A DNA stretch of 64,000 nt from contig NC_057718.1 in assembly GCF_004010195.1 (NCBI RefSeq), forward strand, positions 52,408,254 to 52,472,253, in the 5' to 3' direction. Both the position numbers and the translations under genes were made by a program. A model generated the notes under the pieces. That model ran no database searches and was not told the DNA's origin. It saw nothing but the letters and a program-made list of their open reading frames with translations. This document shows, piece by piece, positions 1 through 12,000 of this stretch. Numbering within the stretch: position 1 is the first letter of the stretch; each line of letters opens with the position of its first letter. Source of the DNA: Chiloscyllium plagiosum (lineage: Eukaryota).

Positions 1-97
1 AACCTTGAAGTCTATTCATGTGCATCGTTTAAATGGTAAACAATTAGTTTCAGGTCAAAATAAGCCATCTTCGGAGGAACACTGCCAGCAAAAATAC

Positions 98-409
98 TTA
101 GATTAGATTACATTACAGTGTGGAAACAGACCCTTCGGCCCAACAAGTCCACACCGACCCACCTAAGCGCAACCCACCCATACCCTACATTTACCCCTTA
201 CCTAACACTACGGACAATTTAGCATGGCCAATTCACCTGGCCTGCACATCTTTGCACTGTGGGAGGAAACCGGAGCACCCGGAGGAAACCCACGCAGACA
301 CGGGGAGAACGTGCAAACTCCACACAGCCAGTCACCTGAGGCAGGAATTGAACCTGGATCTCTGGCGCTGTGAGGCAGCAGTGCTAACCACTGTGCCACC
401 GTGCCACCC
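98..409 (-). mobile_element. HE1-type tRNA-derived SINE (V-SINE superfamily), full length
   Basis: Minus strand begins GGGTGGCACGGTGGCACAGTGG (A box) and has GGTTCAATTCC (B box). It has the central TGTGTGGAGTTTGCACGTTCTCCCCGTGTCTGCGTGGGTTTCCTCCGG block and a CR1-like 3' end with an (AATCT)n tail. Near-identical copies lie at 8686, 17896 and 47992. Confidence 0.92.
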
Positions 410-1204
410 ACAAACACTTCATTGTGTTTTGTTAAAACCTTACACTACACACAACTGTCTACTGATGTTCAAAGTAACCCCATAGAGAGCAGTGACTACA
501 TTTCCATTGGTACATTGCACCCAAACTCCTGAGCAACGTAGTGCAATGGTGTCACAATGAGGAATGCACTAGCTCAGTTAAGATTTGCATGTGTTTGTTC
601 AGACTGCTGTTACATACATCGGGTTTGTTTTTTGGGCATCCCTTGGAACAATGAATTAGCACCTTCACATATATTAGCAAGTAATCTACTTCCTTTTTGT
701 GCAACTGAGGTGTACTCTGCTCAGGATTCTGCAACAACTACTACAGATTTGGCAGTGTCCTCCAAAAAACTGTTAAAAAAAAGTTAAAATTGAAAAACAT
801 GAAACAAGAAGGCTCTCAATTTTCATAGCACCCCTGAACTTTCCCCTATTGTATTCAGCTTGCACAAAGTAAAACAAAGGATTGGTTGAAACATTATACT
901 GTTGCATCACCAGTTAAGAATTTTGAAATGAGCCATAACCAATGTCTACTCATTAATTCTTTTGAAATTGAGAAGTATTCTGAATTAAAATTGCAATCTA
1001 CATCACTTAAAGTCTTAAGATGTAGTTTTCCCATTTTGCGTCTATCCAAAAGCAGGAACGGTTTGTGTGGAAAAACTCACATTGTGTTCGGGTCTGAAAG
1101 CCTTCCAGATTTTTCAGCAATCGAGCAGCTAATTGGTCAGCAGTCAGCTTTCCAACAGGATTTGGACCCTAACCAAAGAAAAGAATGGATGGTGGCCAGA
1201 CAGG

Positions 1205-1315
1205 ATTGTGGAATCGAGGCCTTGGCCAAATGAGTAACAAATGCTTATTGAATGACAGAGCAGGCTCAATGGGCTAAATAGCCTAGTCCTGCTCATAAAT
1301 TATATGCTCCTATGT
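1205..1315 (+). mobile_element. CR1 LINE 3' UTR remnant
   Basis: ATTGAATGACAGAGCAGGCTCAATGGGCTAAATAGCCTAGTCCTGCTC resembles the CR1 3' end at 57900-57955. Confidence 0.6.
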
Positions 1316-3499
1316 CCTTCCCACCAGTAGCTGTGGTCAGAGTCTAGCAGATCTCAAATTTGGCAACACCAACATGAAGGCTACTGCTGGAGGGACAGCT
1401 AACATCCTGAAGACCAAGCTGTCAGGTCAGTGCTTTCAGGGAGAAGATGGATTGGGAGGGGTTTGCTGTCAACGTCTCAGGGAAAGTGGAGCAAGGGGAG
1501 AGGATGTCTGAAGAGAGGACAGGAATATGGCTATCAGCATTCAGGCCCCATCCACTGATTGGTTTCCCAATTGTTCAGCAATGTAGATTAATGGCCCTCC
1601 ACTCCCAGTCAATAACAGTCTGTCTATGTTACCAACTCTTTTTCATTCCACCTAAAAGGTAAGATCATTGCAGCCCAGGCAGTCGTAGGCCTTAACTAGC
1701 TCTTAGTTGGTCACTAATGGATAACTGAAGGGCTTTGATTAGCAGCAGGACAGGAAGGTTGAGCTTAGGCCTTGTCACCCAGTACAAAGGCAGAGGTAGA
1801 AATGTTGTAGGGCTCTGAGGTGCCACCAACTTGCCTAATTAGGCTTGCTTTCCCGACTCTAGGCCCACCACTTCTGGGACCACATGATTCTGGCTTTCTT
1901 TGCAGCATGATAAAAATTCTAACTAACATTAACCATGTAGCTAACAAATTGTGTTTAGCTCCAATGTTTATTTATAGTAGTTAAAAATCAGAATTAAATA
2001 TGAACACGTTAGACTTTCAAAACATTAAATGGTATAGAAATGTTTGCAATTATAATCTCATGACAAACCTTTGGCAATGAATTTGGAGGTTTTTTTTAAT
2101 ATTTCAAAGTACTATGATGTAAAAAGTAAGTTGATGTAATATTGGTTTTAAATTTCATTAAATATGAATATGCTCCAAAGGTGTAGGGTTAGAACAATTT
2201 TGCTTTCTAGTACTTGTGTGGATGCTGCCCTGGACATTACATTCTGTTCAGAAATTAAAGGTAATATTATGTGTAGTCATTACATGGTAACATTAATATG
2301 TACTTTTGATAATTTCTAAGTGGTTGTGTTTGAGACAGCAAAATTCCTACAAAATAAGTAGCTGTGCAGTTGTTTAAGTGGATATTTTGTAAATATTTCT
2401 ACTGAGAAGCTCAGATCTCAAAATTCACAGGTTTTATTTTGACTTAATTTTGGTGATTAAAGGAAATGTTAAAAAGATTATGTACTGCATAATAATCGAT
2501 AAATGCAAGTAAGGATGTGTACTTTATCATTATGTCTATAATTCTTCTTGTATTATCGTGATTACATTGCAAACAAAAGCTACTCAAATTGAGAAATACT
2601 TTGTCAAACAACTTCCTCTGATCATGAAGTATTCCAATCAATTCTATTTAGATAAAATTGATAATTACCACATAGAATATGATCCCTGCAAATGGGATTA
2701 TATTCTATGTGGTATTTATCAATTTTAGGGAAGGCCCAATTCTTCCCTATCCCTGCAACCTCCTCCAGCTCTATGCACTGCTCTTATTTTAATCTCTTGT
2801 ATATCTCTAATTGTGTTTGTTTGACCATAGTTAAATTATCTAGCTGGAGTTCAAAGTTTCTTAAAAATCTTACTATTGATCTTTTAAATCGATAACTTTG
2901 GTCCCTTGTTATTTTCTAACTGTTAAGCATGATTGTAATCTGATGAGTTAACTCCATGATATACAATGCTTTTCCTATGAATATCCGTCCAAATTATAGA
3001 GATAGTGAGCAAATTGTCCACTTCTTGTATGAAACAATTAACTTTTTGGTCACTCACATTCCATGGCCAACAAGTCCAGATGTGGGAATTGAACCTCGAG
3101 CTCCTAGCCCAGAGGTAATAACATCACCAAGATCTTCATGTTAGGCATCACAATGTGCAAAAGTGACAAGAGAGGACAGAATTTTTTGGTGGGCTATTTT
3201 ATACTTAATATTGCTGATGATGACAATGAAGAACAGAGAGGTTTCTTGAAATTTACCTTCCTGATTACTGTAAACAGTTAAGGACTTGCAAAAGCTAAAT
3301 TTGCAACAATGAAAAATGATACCACATGGGAAATGCAATCATAATTCATCAAGCAATGATTAAGTCTGCATGTAATCTGCAGTATACAAGAGTCATAATT
3401 CCAAATGGCTTAGTGAAGGAGATTAGAAATAAGTGATGAAAATTCCACCACACAGTTGGTAAGAATGGACTCTGACTGAAGTAGTGTGGTCCATATGTT

Positions 3500-3795
3500 A
3501 TGATGCATTGTCGTTTGCATCCTTATGTTCAAATCCCTCTCCATCTCTGCACCCTCTTCAAGTCCTACAATCTTTTTATATTTCCACATACCTCAAACTC
3601 TATCCTTTTGGGCATCTTTGATTTCTTTCATTCTATCATTAGTGGCTGCATCTTCAGCTATTTTTGCCCTAAATTCCAAAAATGCCTTCCTCAACCTTTT
3701 CACCTTCCTATGTCTAATCTTTATTCTAATATTCCTTTATGTGTGAAATACCTCGGGCATTTTATTACAATAAATTTACTACAGAAATGCAAACT
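3500..3795 (+). mobile_element. Old L2-like LINE 3' fragment
   Basis: Pyrimidine-rich body ending TGTGAAATACCTCGGGCATTTTATTACAATAAA...GAAATGCAA, which resembles the L2/DeuSINE 3' terminus. Confidence 0.5.
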
Positions 3796-4408
3796 TCCAT
3801 ACTTTGTAAAAAAAATATTGCTCATGTAAAGTATTTCTCAAAGCATTAAGTCCTATCTTCCTGCCACCTGCAAGTTCCAAATTCAAGGGCTATTCGGAAC
3901 ACTGAATGAAATATTGTGAGGGTATATATCATTAAAGACGTTCCAGGTTTGTTCCTGTTCTAAGCTGAATTAGCTAATTTCAGCCAGAGGAAACAGTAGA
4001 ACTGCAACATTTTGTTATAGAATCTCTAACATAGGTAAGAGAAAAATCAGATGGCATTTAATTTTCAAATGAGTTTTTCGTGAGCTCAGTTGGAAGGTCT
4101 CACCAGTACCTTCCTGATGAACTAAGAGTGATAACCATCATACCTGGATATCCTGCCAACACTTGCAGTATAAAAAACACTTGTGTAGCATAATGAAAGG
4201 TCAACAATTCCAAGGAACTATACCTTTAAAAACAGTGACTCAAGAAGAAATTCAACATCATTTCACCAATGCTTGTGAGAAGAATGATCATGTCCTGTTC
4301 CAGCCCTTCCTCCAGAGCAGCATTGATCAGCGGGTCACAGTTGTGTTCATCCACAAGTGGATGACTTGTTAACTGTGGCATACAGAACAGTGTGCCTATA
4401 TTTATATT

Positions 4409-4429
4409 ACACACACACACACACACACA
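4409..4429. repeat. (CA)n microsatellite
   Basis: About 10 perfect AC units. Confidence 0.95.
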
Positions 4430-5140
4430 GACAGCTAGGAAAATGGCCCTTTGGTTTTCATGTCAATGCCAACCAACAAGCACCAACCTATACTAACCCC
4501 ATTTACCTGCACTTGGTCCATAGTCTACTATGCCCTGGCATTTTAAATGCCCATTCAGATGCTTTTTAGGTATTACAAGAGTATCTTCCTCCACCTTCCT
4601 GTCAGGAAATGTATTCCATTTTTCTTTCACCCTCTGGGTGAAAAATCTTATCGTCCAATCCCCTCAGAAGCATTTATTCCTCAACTTAAACTTATGCCCT
4701 CTTGTCTAAGACATGTTTGCCATGGAAAGAGATTCTCACTATCTGCTGTATCTAAGCCTCTCATAATTTTGAAGTCCTCAATCAGATCCGCCCCTCAGCC
4801 TCCTCTGTTCCAAGGCTAATGCACCCAACCTATTCAGTCTCTCCATCTAACAGAGATTTTCCATCCCAAGCATCACCCTGGTGAGTCTCCTCTGCACCCA
4901 CTCCAGTGCAATCACATGCTTCCGATAGTGTGGCAAACAGAACTGTACACAGTATTCCATCTGTGGCCTAAACAATGTTTTATGTAGTTGCATCAAGACT
5001 TCCCTGTTACTACATGCTCCAGATAATGAAGACAAGAATCCCATATGCCTTCTTCACCACTTTATCCACCTGTGCTGATACCTTCAGGGACTTGTATAGC
5101 CTTTGTTCCTCAGTACTCACTAGGGACCTACCATTCAATG

Positions 5141-6072
5141 CAAGATAGGTAGCTTTTGAGCTCCTGAGCCCATCTGCTCCAGGTCAGCCACATCCTTCTT
5201 TCTCTTTCCTTTTTGTCTTCGTTATTTTTCTTCATCTTCTGCTTTTCAGTGGAGGAGGTATCATTGTGGAGAAGGCTGGAGTGGGATTAATGGCGAAGGC
5301 AGCGGCTGCAGTGAGGGCTCATGGTTGCGGTAGGCCCGGAGCACAGACTCCCAATGATGTCAGCAAGGTGATGACTGCAGCTTTGACTGCGTGGTGGGCC
5401 CAGAGCACAGTCTCCTAGAATGTTGGCGAGGCAGTGGTTGCGTGGTAGACCCACAGCTTGGAGTCCCAGCGATGTCAGCAAGGTGATGGCTGCAGTTTTG
5501 GCTACATAGTGGGCCTGGAGCACAGACTCCTAGCGATGTTAGCGAGTGTTGACGACAACTTTAGCTGCATAGTAGGCCCAGAACATGAAGTCCCAGTATT
5601 GTCAGCAAGGCAGTGACTGCAGCTTTGGCTGCACAGTGGATCTGGAGCACGAATTCCTAGCTATGTTGGTGAGGCAGTAGCTGCAGTTTTGGCTGCACAG
5701 TAGGCCCGGAGCATAAACTCCTCACAATGTCGGCAAGGCAGTGGCTGCAGAGCCGGGGATTTCTGGGGCATTGGCTGGACCCAGAGTGGAGACTCATTAC
5801 TGCCCAGAGAAACTGGAACACCTTACAGAAACCCCAGAGACATTAAGAAAGCCCATAGCAGTACTTGACAAGAAGGATTGTAAAGTTGGACATTATTTCT
5901 TACTTTTCTGCCTTTAAATTTTCCTGTCAATTGAACAGATGAAGTTCTATTTAAGTAATTCCTTTTTTTTGTTTTGTAATCCAAAACAGCACCAGATTGT
6001 AGCAATAAAACACTTTAACTGTATTTTCTTAAATGCACGTGACAATAAAATCATTCAGTCATTCATTCATCA
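5141..6072 (+). mobile_element. Non-autonomous non-LTR element with internal minisatellite and (CATT)n tail
   Basis: It interrupts the CR1 and ends ACTGTATTTTCTTAAATGCACGTGACAATAAAATCATTCAGTCATTCATTC. The 3' end resembles that of 44790-45375. No coding similarity seen. Confidence 0.6.
5300..5790. repeat. Minisatellite, ~63 bp unit, about 7-8 diverged copies
   Basis: Recurring GGCCC(G/A)GAGCACAGACTCC...GATGT(C/T)(A/G)GC(A/G)AGG...CTGCAG with starts near 5333, 5397, 5449, 5512, 5575, 5638 and 5703. Confidence 0.85.
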
Positions 6073-6776
6073 TTCTTTGACCTCCCACAATGTAGCATCT
6101 CACACTTATCAGGATTAAATTCCATCTGCCATTGCTCTGCCTAATTTATTAGCTGATCAATATCAGACAGAAGCCCGAGTACATCTTCCTCACAATCAAC
6201 AACATCCCCAATTTTCAGGTTTTCTGCAAACTTACTAACTAATCTTCTACATTCACATCCAAGTCGTTAATGTACATAACAAACAGCAGATGTCCCAGCA
6301 CCAAGCCCGTGGTATACTGCTGATTAAAGGCTGCAAATCACATAAACAACTCTCCACCATTATCCTTTGCCTCCTCTTTGTAAGCCAATTTTGGATCCAT
6401 TTTGCCAACTTGCCTTGGATCCCATGGGCTCTTCCTGTTGGACCAGTCATCCATGTGTGATCTTGTCATAGATCTTTTGAAATCCATATAAACCACATCA
6501 ACCTCATGACTCTCATCAATATATTTAGTCATCTTTTCAAAAAAACTTATCTAAGTTAGTCAGAGAGGGTCTCCCTCCAACAAATCTGTACCAACTCTCC
6601 CTGATCAATCGCTGCGTTTCCAAGTATTGTTTAAATCTACTTTTTAGAATTCTTTCCAATGTTTATCCAGCCAATGGTGTCAGGGTTTGTAGTCTGGACT
6701 TACCTGGCTTATCCCTGTTTCCCTTCCTGAAAAAAGGAACCACATTAGTTATCCTCCAGTCATCTGGCTCTTCATG

Positions 6777-8021
6777 TCATAGAGTCATAGAGATGTACAG
6801 CACAGAAACAGACCTTTTGGTCCAACTTGTCCATGCTGACCAGTTATCCCAACCCAATCTAGTCCCACCTGCCAACACCTAGCCCCATATCCCTCCAAAC
6901 CCTTCCTATTCATATACCCATCCAGATGCCTTTTTAAATAGTGCAATTGTACCAGTCTCCACCACATCCTCTGGCAGCTCATTCCATACTCATACCACCC
7001 TCTGCGTGAAACAGTTGGCCCTTAGGTCTCTTTTATATCTTTCCCCTCTGACCCACAACTTATGCCCTCTAGCTCTGAACTTCCCGACACCAGGGAAGAA
7101 ACTTTGTCTATTTATCCTATCCATGCCTCTCATAATTTTTAAACCTCTATAAGCTCACCCCTCAACCTCTGATGGTGCAGAGAAAACAACCCCAGCCTGT
7201 TTAGCCTCTCCCTACAGCTGAAATCCTCTAACCCTGGCAACATCCTTGTAAATCGTTTCTGAACCCTTTCAAGTTTCACAACATCTTTCCGATAGGATGG
7301 AGACCAGATGTGCACGCAATATTCCAACAGTGGCCTGTACAGCCAATGTCCTGTACAGCCGCAAGATGACCTCCCAACTCCTGTACTCAATACTCTGACC
7401 AATAAAGTAAAACATACCAACACCTTCGTCACTATTCTATCTACCTGTGACTCCAGTTTCAAGGAGCTATGAACCTGCACTCCAAAGTCTCTTTGTTCAG
7501 CAACACTCCCTAGGGCCTTACCAAAATGCAGCACCTCACATTTATCTAAATTAAACTCCATCTGCCACTTCTCAGCCCATTGGCCCATCTGGTCAAGATC
7601 CCGTTGTAATCTGAGGTAACCTTCTTTGCTGTTCACTACACCTCCAATTTTGGTGTCATCTGCAAACTTACTAACTATACATCTTATGCTCACATCCAAA
7701 TCATTGATATAAATGATGAAAAGTAGTGGACCCAGCACCGATCCTTGTGGCACTCCACTGGTCACAGGCCTCCAGTCTGAAAAGCGACCCTCCACCAACT
7801 AGTATCCAAATAGTTAGTTCTCCCTGTATTCTATGAGATCTAACCTTGCTAACCAGTCTCCCATGGGGAACCTTGTCAAACGCCTTACTGAAGTCCATAT
7901 AGATCACGTCTACCACTCTGCCCTCATCAATTCTCTTTATTACTTCTTTGAAAAACTCAATCAAGTTTGTAAGACATGATATCCCACATGCAAAGCCATG
8001 TTGACTATCCCTAATCAGTCT
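6777..8021 (-). mobile_element. Younger CR1 LINE (RT domain to 3' end), 5' truncated
   Basis: ORFs 7701-7964 and 7139-7798 give VDVIYMDFSKAFDKVPH, GVPQGSVLGPLLFIIYINDLD and KFADDTKIGG. The 3' tail is the octamer repeat (CTCTATGA)n. It has frameshifts and small deletions. Confidence 0.95.
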
Positions 8022-8685
8022 TTGTGGTCAGCGAATTAATAAAAATATCCACAATGGTCCCAGCAATCTCCTCCCTTGTCCCCCATTGTACTCTGGGATA
8101 CATTTCATCAGGCCCTGGAGACTTATGCACCTTTGTGCCCATTAAAGCATCAAATATTGCCTCCTTATTAATCTTAACATACTCTAGAGCTTCAACATTC
8201 GAACTGAAATCTCCGGCTACAATACCTTTGTCCTTGTGAAAGTAAATGAGAAATATGATTTCAAGACCTCACCCACGTCCCCTGCCTCCATGCACAGATT
8301 GCTTCTTTAGTCTCTAATAGGCCCCATGCTTTTCTGGATAATCCTCTTGCTCTTAACATACTTAGAAAATGCCTTGGATTTTTCCTTAACTCTATCTGCC
8401 AAAGATATTCTGTGCCCCCTCTTTGCTTTCCTAATTTCTTTTTTTACAGATATATGTATCTCTACAAGTAATAAATAAAACATATATGCACATACATACT
8501 CATCAGGAATTTCCTTGAGGGTTCTTCTGATCAATGGAAGTAAATTCAGCTAAACAATTACCAAATCTAATTTTTGATGTGTGACTCCAACATAGAATAC
8601 CAAATTTTTGAACGACAACCATTTTACAGTGATTTCACTATTATGGACTAATTGTGTGACAGCATCCAAGTAGTACTTAAATATA

Positions 8686-9001
8686 TAGATTAGATTAGAT
8701 TACTTTACAGTGTGGAAACAGGCCCTGCGGCCCAACAAGTCCACACCGACTCGCCGAAGCGCAAACCACCCATACCCCTACATTTACCCCTTACCTAACA
8801 CTACGGACAATTTAGCATGGCCAATTCACCTGACCTGCACATCTTTGGACTGTGGGAGGAAACCGGAGCACCCGGAGGAAACCCACGCAGACACGGGGAG
8901 AATGTGCAAACTCCACACAGTCAGTCGCCTGAGGCGGGAATTGAACCTGGGTCCCTGGCGCTGCGAGGCAGCAGTGCTAACCACTGTTCTACCGTGCCGC
9001 C
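8686..9001 (-). mobile_element. HE1-type SINE, full length
   Basis: Same structure as 98-409: A/B boxes, central block and (AATCT)n tail. Confidence 0.92.
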
Positions 9002-12000
9002 GACAATCTGTCACACTGAAGAACACGGAGCAGTTTGAATGCAGTGAGTTCTTTGTCATATGATGGGATGAGGGTACCTGACAGGGGGTAACCTAAGAGG
9101 TTGCTCCTTTCATGCCAAATGCCAAACTGCTAAAGAAATGTTTAAAAATTAAGACTAAGTTTTCTGGGGACTGTCAATCTCAAATAGATTGTAATTTCAG
9201 CCCATTTTATGTGAAAGAAGGGAGCTTCGCATTCTGCTCCGTCTCCCTCAGAAATGCGGAGAGGTGTTTCTGTTCTGACAGCACATTTTTAGTGGAGAAC
9301 TGTCAGAAGAAAGCAAGCCACTCCACCTTTTCACAACAGTCAGGAACTATATTCTGAAATGTAAAGGTCCTGACAACCCAACACTTTGACAACCCAACAG
9401 CTGCTGTCAAAGAATTAGTATACAGACTACGTGTGATGCTAGGGTGCTGGAAGGGTAGGTGCCTGATGGGTAAGGGATAAGGATAGTAGGGTGCTAGGTG
9501 AGTAGGTTGCCAGCTGGGAAGGGTGTTTCAGCAATGGGCTAATGTGCCAAAAGGGCCAGGTGAGCATTTAGAGTTGGTCAGTGTGGGCTGGAGCAATCAG
9601 GCCTGGCAGGTGTCGGGTGGGTGTGAGTTGGATCTCGATATTTGGGTCCGACAGGTGAAGAGGGCAGAGAGAATGCTTTGGTAGTGACAGTGGTGCTGTT
9701 TATGGAGGGCTGTCATGTCCAATCTGACAGGGGAGGTGAAGGGATGGACAGATTCATGGCAGAGATGTATGGTTGCATCAGGTCAGCTCCGACAGCAGTG
9801 GGGTGGGGGAGTAGGTGTGATGGCAGGACCAATAGAGGATCCATAAAACAATAATGATTGATCTCAGCTTTTCATACCTTAATAAACACAGCAAACAACT
9901 CTGTAATATTAAAGTTTGAATCAGAGGAGATTTTCACTGATAAGTTTTTAACTTAAATGTTGCTCCAGTTTGTAAAAAATATATCAGAGTTGGCAGGTGT
10001 ATGCAAGAAGTTTAATTAGAAAATAGGACCATGTAATGATAGCTCTGTAAACTGCAATAATGACTTTGATTCAATGGGTAGAGTTCAGAGGAAAATGAAA
10101 TTCAGCAACTGAAATATTGAAAAGCTTCAGAGAAAGAAATATATTATTTCCATTTACAAAAACAATAATATGCATTTATTTTCCCTTTGAACTGAAAACC
10201 AGTTAATCTGCAAGAATTAAATCAAACTTTTGTTGTCTATTCGTGCTTCATTTTTAGCAATTAATCAACAACCAGGAGCATTTGCTTTCTAGGCACGGAT
10301 CAATTTAGCAACAAAGATTATTCACAATTATGATACCCTGATTATCTAACTTGTCATCTGGATACTCGCAACATCGGATTGATTGGTACATAGCCCAATG
10401 GTGTTTTAACAGGGCAAGGTTACCAAAATCAAAGTGGCTGAGGCCAATTTCCACATCTATCACAGGGGTTCACTAGACTTCTATTTGTGCCCATTTCCAA
10501 ATGTGACTTGCAAGAACAGGCAGTTAAGGTCAAAGCTGTAAATATCAAAACATTCATCAATCACAATACTGAAAGAAAATGTCTTCTGAACTGACCACAT
10601 TACATAAAATATTTTAGCTAAAGCGTTCTTATTTGTGGAATGGCTGTTATGTGTTACTACGTTTGTAAACCTAAACAAACCCGAGAGTTAAACTCAGTGA
10701 GATTTCAATTTTATGGGATTTGCAAAGAACTGTTGTGTTATGCTCTCAAAATTTAAATAAATGGAATCCAGTTTTCATAACATTGGCAAGTGTGTGCACA
10801 ATTGTCGTTCTGTGCAAAACAGCATAGTTTGTAATAAAATTGATTGGATATAGATGTTTTCACACATTCAACTTCAATATTTAAATAGAATATGTGCTAA
10901 ATGACATTTAGAAAGGCCAAATTGGTTGTTGTTTAAAGATCATTAAACATCTTACTCCATAAAGGTTGCCTGTCTTTTAATGAGAACACAGCCACTAAGA
11001 CAGCCTGTCTGAGCTATCTGAGTTAGTTATTTCTTCTACATTTTTAACAATAGGTAATAAAAAGGCAAATATCTGAGCCCATTCAAATAGGATTATTTAA
11101 ACTGCATAGCTTTCAGCCTCATCAATTAATATCAAAATATCTTCTCTGACCTAAACATGCCAGATCTAAAGAAAAATTTACAGGTTAGCTATCTGTCTAT
11201 ACCATATATGGTCAAATTTAATATGCATACCTAGCACCTTCTCTTTTTTATTTTGGTATTCCAACATTCAAATTTGTCTTATTATCTATCCTTGCACTGT
11301 TGATTTCTTTGTCACCTTTTACTAGCTACCACTTCTGTTTGAGAACAGTTGCAACGTACTTTCACACTATCAGCACTTGTCTGACCATGTATGTTAATTT
11401 TTCCTGAGGTAGTTGTCATGAGGTAATTATCATAAGACAGTGGTCTCATAATAACTCACTCATTAGGGATTTATTAGTTCTATGAGTTAGCTTATTTTAA
11501 AAAAAAACATATAACAAGTAATAAAGCAGATATTATAGCAGGATAACTGATTTCCATGTCTGGAGTTTGCTCATCTACAGCAGACTAACTGCCAGACAGA
11601 GTTATAACACTGTATACCCATGGAGCCCTGAAAGGTGAACTCTCGTAAAGGCAAGGTCCATGTACAACAGGTTAAGAATTTTCCCCCCAAAGCTTTTAAT
11701 TATCCCAAACAATAGTCCTAAAACATAAGTAATCAGTGTCAAGGGATCTTATACACTGTCACTAACACACAACCTAATATATCTTTTTTTTAAAAATCGC
11801 TCAAAAGTTTTGTTGTTTTATATTCAATATCTTAAACTAAATTACCGAAATGTTAACTTGCAAATGTCAAGCACTTGCCAGATATTAATATTCTGCATGT
11901 TGATAAATAGCATTTTATTTTATTCTCTTTGTTTTGTTTCCCCCTCGCATATTAAATCCCATTATTTTCCATGCTTTTTAGGTCACAGTGAATTAACCTA

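Larger units (their letters stand above)
4430..8450 (-). mobile_element. Old CR1 LINE (3' half of ORF2), split into three pieces (4430-5140, 6073-6776, 8022-8450) by two insertions
   Basis: Minus-strand peptides LHKTLFRPQMEYCVQF, VDVVYMDF and KKEIRKAKRGH...LADRVKE..KAF.KYVKSKR occur in the expected ORF2 order across the interruptions. Confidence 0.85.

Noticed and set aside
340..409. tRNA genes at SINE heads
   Set aside because: A/B boxes run into SINE bodies with no complete cloverleaf or terminator.
120..485. 121 aa ORF, with similar ORFs at 8710-9063, 17888-18097 and 48140-48388
   Set aside because: These are chance reading frames through HE1 SINE copies, not a gene family.
5300..5790. 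CRISPR-like periodicity
   Set aside because: Whole units are similar with no unique spacers, and the context is eukaryotic. It is a minisatellite.
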